A stretch of 14,493 nucleotides of DNA from the NCBI RefSeq assembly GCF_006345805.1, contig NW_021825812.1, forward strand, positions 1-14,493, in the 5' to 3' direction. Position 1 is the first letter of the stretch; each line of letters starts with the position of its first letter. Below, piece after piece: positions 8,002 to 14,493 of this stretch. The notes under the pieces were generated by a model that was given only the letters and a program-made list of their open reading frames with translations, did not search any database and was not told the DNA's origin. This DNA comes from Octopus sinensis (lineage: Eukaryota). A program made the position numbers and the translations under genes.

Positions 8002-8549
8002 GAGTGAGAGAGCAGTGCATGCCATCAAAGTGACACTGGGGTAAAATATACGAAGCCCAATATACCCATCATGACTACCCGTCTGATAAGGTACACCAGG
8101 CACATGCATCACAACCATATGTGCGCGACATGGTGATCTCATATCAAGATAAACAGCACATGACCTTGCAGGTGGGGCCCAGTTGAATTTTCTTCAGATT
8201 GAGTAGCCCATCCCGCTCAAACAGTCCCTGAATAAGGGTTGTTTAAGGATGTTGAAAGAACCACCCATGTTTCCAGAGGTGAACTATTCAAACCCCAAAG
8301 AATCCCTCTCACACATGGCTATGATGCTCCCCCACTACTTCTGCTCGTGATCAGAGATGCACATATTGTCAGCCACGAATGGACATGCTCAACTGGTTAA
8401 GGTCAAACACTGACAAGCAAATCTGTGGTATTGAGCAGAATATTTGCTGTAGCCCATCTTTATACCAGACAAAACAATGTACATGATAACACTTCCAATC
8501 AGTTAAGATCAGAAGCCATGAGAGCCACTGCCTGGTACTGCATCAGGGC

Positions 8550-8550
<1 letters not shown>
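8001..8550 (-). mobile_element. Apparently full-length 550-bp non-coding retroposon (element A) embedded in (AAT)n
   Basis: Flanked by (ATT)n at 7968-8001 and 8552-8586. A second, 5'-truncated copy is at 1262-1478. No convincing ORF and no Pol III A/B boxes at the 5' end. Confidence 0.85.
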
Positions 8551-8586
<36 letters not shown>

Positions 8587-8603
8587 TTGTTTATAATGCC
8601 CGT

Positions 8604-8674
8604 GGGCATATGGCGTAGTGGTTAAGAGCGCGGGCTATTAACCCCAAAATTCCGAGTTCGATTCTAGGCAGTGA

Positions 8675-8678
<4 letters not shown>
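8604..8678 (+). mobile_element. tRNA-like SINE head followed by (AAT)n (8679-8750)
   Basis: A-box TGGCGTAGTGG 8611-8621, B-box AGTTCGATTCT 8655-8665, anticodon-arm-like GGG-CTATTAA-CCC. The acceptor stem is mispaired, so this is not a functional tRNA. Confidence 0.8.
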
Positions 8679-8733
<55 letters not shown>

Positions 8734-9000
8734 TAATAATAATAATAATATGTATATATATTGATATGTATACATATCGATTGATATGTGTATATATGTA
8801 TATATCTACATATATGTAAATATATATATGTGTGTATATACATACATACATATATATATATGTATATATGTATATATATATATGTATGTATATATACATA
8901 TGTATATGTGTGTGTATATATATATATGTAAATATATATATGTAAGTATATAAGTATATATATATGTGTATATATGTGTGTATATACATATACATGTATA
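8679..9000. repeat. (AAT)n followed by degenerate (TA)/(TG)/(TACA) field
   Basis: Direct reading. Confidence 0.92.
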
Positions 9001-9002
9001 TA

Positions 9003-9195
9003 GGTGTGTTTGTATTTGTCCTTTACTACCGCTTAGCAACCAGTTTTGGTGTGTTTCCGTCAGTGTAACGTAGGGTTTCGGCAATAAAGACCGATGGAAC
9101 AAGCATAAGGCTTAAAAACAAACGAGTACAAATGGAGTCGATTCATTCGACTAAAATTCAAGGCGGTGTCCCATCACGGACGAAGTCTAATGACT
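9003..9195 (+). mobile_element. Diverged 3' half of the SINE family at 9921-10268 and 13926-14335
   Basis: GTGTTTCCGTC...TTCGGCAATAAAGACCGATGGAACAAG...TCGACTAAA...AAGGCGGTG aligns by eye to 14110-14305. Confidence 0.75.
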
Positions 9196-9217
9196 ACGGT
9201 GTTTGTGTATATGTATG

Positions 9218-9264
<47 letters not shown>

Positions 9265-9329
9265 TATAAGCTTGAGAGAAGGAAGTGCTATTTGAAATAC
9301 CTCTACTTAGCGCCAAGGTTTACCCACCT

Positions 9330-9450
9330 TCTTTCTTTCACGTTCTTTGTTAGTATCTTTCTTTCTTTCTTCCTCTCTCTCTCTATCATAAGCGCTATCT
9401 CTCACTCTCACTCACACATTCTCTCTCCATTCCCACACTTATCATCTCTG

Positions 9451-9481
<31 letters not shown>

Positions 9482-9510
9482 ATCTCTTTCTTTCTCTTGT
9501 GCCTTTCTGA
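9330..9510. repeat. (CT)/(CTTT) pyrimidine microsatellite
   Basis: Direct reading. Confidence 0.85.
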
Positions 9511-9624
9511 ATCATCCTAAGTTCACAGCATCAGGCAGGATTTCCGGTTCGTGCGGTTTACTAACGAAGCTGGTTTCTTTAAAACGAGCATCGTTGGTCC
9601 TGTTGTTGCTGCTGAGTAAAAGTA

Positions 9625-9630
9625 GTAATG

Positions 9631-9669
<39 letters not shown>

Positions 9670-9912
9670 TTTTTTGTTGTTGTAGTTGTAGTTGGTGATA
9701 GTCATCGTTTACGAGTCACTCGTACTTACATGTCTCCGCCCTATGTCTTTTCATTTTTCACTACCATAAGAATTTCCTCTTGAAAAAGTATGTATGTATG
9801 TTGTATGTATGTATGTATGTATGTATGTATGTATGTATGTATGTATGTATGTATGTATGTATATGCATGTATATATAGATATATATGTATATATATGTAT
9901 ATATATATATAT
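9625..9912. repeat. (GTA)n, (GTT)n and (TATG)n/(TA)n microsatellites separated by a short unique spacer
   Basis: Direct reading. Confidence 0.85.
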
Positions 9913-9920
9913 TTGCTATA

Positions 9921-10268
9921 CTCTTTACTCTTTTACATGTTTAGTCATATGACTGTGGCCATGCTGGAACACCGCCTTTTGTCGAGCAAATCGACCCCAG
10001 GACTTATCCTTTGTAAGCCTAGTACTTATTCTATGGGTCACTTTTGCCGAACCGCTAGGTTACTGGGACGTAAACACACCAGCATCGGTTGTCAAGCGAT
10101 GTTGAGGGGACAAACACACACACACATTTTCCGTCTACCGAATCCACTCACAAGGCTTTGGTCGGCCCGAGGCTATAGTAGAAGATACTTGCCCATGGTG
10201 CCATGCAGTGGGACTGAACCCGGAACCATGTGGTTGGTAAGCAAGGTACTTACCACACAGCCACTCCT
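9921..10268 (-). mobile_element. Near full-length tRNA-derived CORE-type SINE
   Basis: Reverse complement of the 13926-14335 family: AGGAGTGGCTGTGTGGTAAG head, GGTTCAGTCCC B-box, GGGCAAGTATCTTCTACTATAGCC. The internal microsatellite is shortened. Confidence 0.9.
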
Positions 10269-10368
10269 ATATACATATATATAAACTAAATGTGTATATT
10301 TCTGTATGTGATTTTATTTATAGCATCGTCGGCACATTTTACAATCTGGTGGTCGTTGACCACCGGCA

Positions 10369-10871
10369 ATGGTGACGAAGAAGATGAAGATGACGGAAAT
10401 GATGCCGATGATGATGAGGGCGGGGTGGGAGCAGAAGAAGCAAAGGAGAATGAAGAGGGGTAGGAGGGGACGTAGAAATATTAGTCGTAGTAGTAGTAGT
10501 AGGAGGAGGAGGAGAAGTAAAAGGAGGAGGAGGAGGTTGATGATGATAACTGAGATAACGATGATGACGACAATGTAGATAATGATGTTGATAATTAAGA
10601 TGGCTATGATAATGATTGTAATAAAGCTCTGATGAACAGATGCTGCCGCTATAGCTGCTGCTGCTGCTGATGATGACGGCAATGGCAGTGGTGATGGTGG
10701 TAGTGATGATAATGATGCTGATGACGAAGCTGAATGAGGATGATGGTGATATTGATGGTGTTGTTGTTGATGATGATGATGACGACGATGATGATTAGGG
10801 TGATAATGATAATGATGATGAAGATGATGATGATAGTGATGATGATGATGATGATGGCGATGATGATGATA

Positions 10872-10903
<32 letters not shown>

Positions 10904-11025
10904 AATGATGATGGTGATGATGATGCTGATGATGATATGATGATAATGATAATGATGATGATGGTGATGACGATGACGACGACAAAGACAATAATAACGA
11001 TAATGCTCTGATGAACGATGCTGCT

Positions 11026-11056
<31 letters not shown>

Positions 11057-11112
11057 ATGATGACGATGACAATGATGCTGCTTGTGTTGGTGATTATGAT
11101 GATGACGACGAC
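10369..11112. repeat. ~740-bp compound (GAT)/(GAC)/(AAT)/(GCT)/(GGA) trinucleotide field
   Basis: Direct reading; explains the poly-H/I/S/M ORFs. Confidence 0.92.
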
Positions 11113-11114
11113 CG

Positions 11115-11620
11115 CGTGATTTTCCTTTGGGTCGGAGCAAAAGCCCGTCTCAGGTAATCTACACCATGCTTGTTCTGTAGTCCTCACATACCGAACATAT
11201 CAACATATTGGTTAATATCATCCGGTGTTCGTTTAGCATTTGCTTGAATTTCTCCAATATTAAAATGAATTGAATCATATCCTTTATCCACGTACTTGAA
11301 TATGTACTTTACAGATGCGACAATTAGCCAGATTTCTATATAAATGTGACAGCTACAGTTAACAAGCAAAAACTTATTCTACGGAATAACTAATCTGCTA
11401 TATCATGTAGAAATTCCTTTCCTTACCAATGTTCTGGACCTGCAATAATAGAAATGTTAAGAATTAATATTAGCTATAGTTTCCTCTTGATAGAATTTAG
11501 AGAATATCTTTGAGCATCTAATTTAATTCATGCAAGAAACGTTTGGAATTTGCTCACAGCAAAAATCGTGAATAATGCATTTTATTTTTTCTATTTTACA
11601 ATTTCGAAATGTTTAATGAA
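11115..11620 (-). pseudogene. Helitron Rep/helicase (Rep domain) relic
   Basis: Across frameshifts on the minus strand: IIHDFC..IPNVSCM..RCSKIFSKFYQEET, DSRLVIP*NKFLL..CSCHIYIE...SVKYIFKYVDKGYD, DDINQYVD.RYV..EQAWCRL. These match the Helitron motifs MIHGPC..PCM..CSK.FPK, DNRWVVPYN, CHINVE..VKYLFKY..KG.D and DEI..Y...RYV..EA.WR. Confidence 0.85.
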
Positions 11621-11819
11621 ATAAGCTTTTGTTGTCTCACCTATATTCATTTCATTTGGAAAGAAACCTACGTAATGGGTAAATTAGAAATATAATTACA
11701 CCAGATGGATAGACAGATAGATAGACAGGCCGACGGATAGATTGATAAATAGATAGATAGACACAAACATACATGCGTACATATGTAGACACATACAAAA
11801 AATATTCATATGCAAATGT

Positions 11820-11847
11820 ATGTATGTGTATACACACACATATATAT

Positions 11848-11926
<79 letters not shown>

Positions 11927-12022
11927 ATATATACACACACATACACGCACGTGGTATATATATATATACATATATTTGTAGGTCTATCTATATATCTGTC
12001 TGTCTGTCTGTCTACTTATCTG

Positions 12023-12110
<88 letters not shown>
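11820..12110. repeat. (TA)n/(CA)n followed by (TCTA)n (GATA-type) microsatellite
   Basis: Direct reading; TCTA run ~11985-12110. Confidence 0.93.
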
Positions 12111-12111
<1 letters not shown>

Positions 12112-13147
12112 GTTCGGTCCGGATCACTAAATGGAGAAGAACTGGGGCGAAATAACGACTAGGGTGGCCACTCTTACCCAGCAATGAGCCGAGAAGAAGC
12201 TATCCTTAAAAGGTCGGCCAAACGCGTACATCGCATCCGTCATCGAGTACTGTCTGACCGTCGTGCCTTGTCCCGACGGTACCATCACCAAACTGGAACG
12301 CATACTCTTCCGCTTCTTGTAGAAGGGAAGCGTTTCGATGGTTAGGCGATCCATTTGCTGTCAACACCCGCTAAATGGAGGGGTGGGCATGCCGTGGTTG
12401 ATGATGCGCAGACATGCGCTGAGACTGCGACATCTCTGGAGCTTCATAGACGACGGTGAACAAGTGTGGTCGCCTTTTGTGCGACGCGCTTTCACACAGC
12501 TCGTCTCTTTGACCGAACTACAGTCGTGGATCGAACAGAGACCGAAGCTAGGCGAATGGCAGGGTCTGGGCGTCGACGAGGAACACCTGACCCGCCTGTT
12601 CAGGACAACTTTCGAGTCGGGATCTATGGACATTCACCAAAGATCCCTGGCCTGGCAGTGCTATCGAGAAGCATTACCTGTTCGGTATAAGCTATACAGG
12701 CACTGTTCGAGACACACCGGACCGACTTGCCCGAGATGCGGTCAGAGCGACGAAACCGTTCTGCACGCGCTCGTGCAGTGTCCAACCATTTCGGACCTGT
12801 GGGCTTATGCCAAACGGCTGCTGTCACGTGTGGGACAAGTCCGCCTGCCGGCCGAGTCTATCATGTCAGTTGCTCCGCCACCTTCCCTCAAGCGGAAAGG
12901 CAAGGCAGTCTTCATCGTACTGGGGGCCATGGTGAAAGAATGTGTGTGGTGGAATCGAGCGAAAGGATTAAAGAGAAACACTTACCTCTCTGGCCAATCG
13001 CTCGTCAACTTTTTCAAGTACCACTTGAAAAGGAAGATGGGAATGGAGAGGCAGGTTTTGTCTCGTGAAAGTTTCAAAAAAAGGTGGGTGGATGTAGCAA
13101 AGATGGTGCGAGCGAGCGACGAAACCACGTTGAGTATGATCCTGTAA
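12111..13147 (+). pseudogene. 5'-truncated L1/Tx1-like LINE ORF2 (post-RT region and CCHC zinc knuckle)
   Basis: One frame from 12131 with stops at 12185 and 12320: NWGEI...LSLKGR...LERILFRFL*KG..VRRSICCQHPLNGGVGMP...LAWQCYREALPV...CPRCGQSDETVLHALVQCP..LW. Natural stop at 13147; pyrimidine-rich 3' UTR to ~13310. Confidence 0.88.
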
Positions 13148-13334
13148 ATCGTAAAGAGAGAGAGAGAGAGAGTTGCGAGAGCGCTTTGCTCTCATGTGTT
13201 TATTTCCTCCCTGCCTGGGGTTACCGTGTTTTTTCCGTAGGCTTTTCTTTCCACGGATAAAACTAATCTTGCTTCTTACATTTAAAAAATTTCTTCTGCG
13301 ATACACAATCCCTTTTGAGCACTTTTTTTTTTTG

Positions 13335-13635
13335 TTTTTACCATCAGGATAATGCTCAGCTACATACTGCGAGAATGACATTCCAAAAGCTGGAACAGTT
13401 TGAATGAGAAACGATAACCCACTCACCATATTCGCCATAAATTACCACACATGATTATCATTTATTCCGCAGTCTTCAAAATTTGTACAGAAAAAAAATA
13501 TCAGTTCTGCAGAAGAGGTCAGAACAGCACTGGAGGAGTATTTTTCGTCACGGACAAGTGAATTTTGGAAGAGAGGAGCCTTGCAAGTCTACCAGATAGA
13601 TGGAAGAGCATTGTAGAAAACGAAGGAGAGTAATA
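13335..13635 (+). pseudogene. Mariner (Tc1/mariner, DD34D) transposase C-terminal relic
   Basis: YHQDNAQLHTARMTFQKLEQFE*ETITHSPYSP*ITTHDYHLFRSLQN, then after frameshifts EEVRTALEEYFSSRTSEFWKRG and LASLPDRWKSIVENEGE. These match HDNARPH...HPPYSPDLAPSDYHLF...LP.RW..V...G.Y. Confidence 0.9.
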
Positions 13636-13654
13636 TATCTACATATATGCTGGA

Positions 13655-13692
13655 AGCATGGCCGCAGTAAAATGACTGAAATAAGCAAAAAA

Positions 13693-13697
<5 letters not shown>
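13655..13697 (+). mobile_element. Isolated 3' tip of the CORE-type SINE
   Basis: AGCATGGCCGCAGTAAAATGACTGAAATAAG matches 14282-14312. Confidence 0.75.
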
Positions 13698-13736
<39 letters not shown>

Positions 13737-13832
13737 CAAACTGGATAGGTCGCAATTCATTATTGTTGTTTCCAACGAATTTTTAATTGCCTGTTTTTTA
13801 AGCGCCTGTTTCACCTGAATCCTGATATATTG

Positions 13833-13903
<71 letters not shown>

Positions 13904-13925
13904 CTATATATATATATATTAAATA

Positions 13926-14335
13926 GGCGTATGAGTGGCTGTGTGGTAAGTAGCTTGCTACCAACCACATGGTTCTGGATTCAGTCCCAGCGTGGCACCT
14001 TGGGCAAGTGTCTTTCTACTATAGCCTCGGGCCGACCAAGCCTTGTGAGTGGATTTGGTAGACGGAAACTGAAAGAAGCCTGTCGTATATATATGTATAT
14101 GTATGTATGTGTATGTATATGTTTGTGTCTGTGTTTGTCCCTCTAGCATTGCTTGACAACCGATGCTGGTGTGTTTACGTCCCGTCAACTAGCGGTTCGG
14201 CAAAAGAGACCGATAGAATAAGTACTGGGCTTACAAAGAATAAGTCCCGGGGTCGATTTGCTCGACTAAATGCGGTGCTCCAGCATGGCCGCAGTCAAAT
14301 GACTGAAACAAGTAAAAGAGTAAAAGGAGAGAAAG
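13926..14335 (+). mobile_element. Full-length tRNA-derived CORE-type SINE with internal (TATG/TG) tract
   Basis: Head GGCGTATGAGTGGCTGTGTGGTAAG, B-box GGATTCAGTCCC, CORE-like ACCTTGGGCAAGTGTCTTTCTACTATAGCC, A-rich GTAAAAGA tail. Confidence 0.9.
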
Positions 14336-14339
14336 AGAG

Positions 14340-14370
<31 letters not shown>

Positions 14371-14396
14371 TATTATTATTATATTATTATTATTAT

Positions 14397-14432
<36 letters not shown>
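14340..14432. repeat. (AT)n then (ATT)n microsatellite
   Basis: Direct reading. Confidence 0.93.
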
Positions 14433-14434
<2 letters not shown>

Positions 14435-14493
14435 GGGAAGATTAATTCCAGTGCCACAGGAATGAGATATTCAAATTAAAAATATCAAATTAC

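Noticed and set aside
8400-8550. HDV-like or hammerhead ribozyme, or a U2/U1 snRNA-derived head, at the 5' end of element A
   Set aside because: CTGATGC is not CUGANGA, I could not build the nested double pseudoknot, and the snRNA similarities are only 11-17 nt.
8604-8678. Functional tRNA gene (anticodon-like ATT)
   Set aside because: The acceptor and T stems are mispaired and it runs straight into (AAT)n with no T-run terminator, so it is better explained as a SINE head.
9720-9790. Minus-strand CAT|GTAAGT donor
   Set aside because: All three upstream frames contain stops; there is no support without RNA data.
10626-11016. CTGATGA motifs in the GAT field as hammerhead cores
   Set aside because: There is no stem II and no GAAA; these arise by chance in GAT repeats.
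7175-13410. Premature stops repeatedly at Trp codons (7175, 7223, 12185, 12320, ~13402) as a sign of G>A hypermutation
   Set aside because: TGG is one transition from both TAG and TGA, and conserved Trp positions are the easiest to notice; neutral decay explains it.
13733-13832. ~100-bp unique island between two (TA)n tracts containing GAAAC on the minus strand
   Set aside because: There is no CUGANGA core and no second copy in the window, so it cannot be classified.
276-14445. Most ORFs in the supplied track (poly-YI, CVCV, MYVC, poly-N/H/I/S/L)
   Set aside because: They are translations of di-, tri- and tetranucleotide microsatellites or of SINE bodies, with no domain-like content.
1-14493. 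CRISPR arrays, rRNA genes, prokaryotic operons
   Set aside because: No repeat-spacer periodicity or rRNA motifs; the sequence is clearly eukaryotic repeat-rich DNA.

Overview
Repeat-saturated eukaryotic non-coding DNA with no recognisable host gene. The SINE families and extreme microsatellite density suggest a coleoid cephalopod, probably Octopus (my pattern recognition, not a database hit). Almost every ORF in the supplied track is a microsatellite artefact. The real coding remnants are all transposon relics: an RTE-like LINE 3' end with three C2H2 fingers (4174-4514, -), an internally deleted Chapaev-type transposase (6989-7805, +), a Helitron Rep fragment (11115-11620, -), an L1/Tx1-like ORF2 3' half (12111-13147, +) and a mariner transposase C-terminus (13335-13635, +). 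There are also several tRNA-derived SINEs, two fold-back elements, and two copies of a 550-bp (AAT)n-embedded retroposon with no tRNA head. The most notable signal is invisible to the ORF track: four type I hammerhead ribozyme motifs. The one at 470-539 (+) is fully canonical and sits in a ~290-bp hairpin-rich unit bounded by 13-bp inverted repeats. Those at 1135-1167 (-) and 7873-7916 (-) have intact cores; the one at 6354-6390 (+) is degenerate. The 7873-7916 ribozyme tail lies back-to-back with a tRNA-like Pol III head, which suggests a ribozyme-tailed SINE that was split or inverted.
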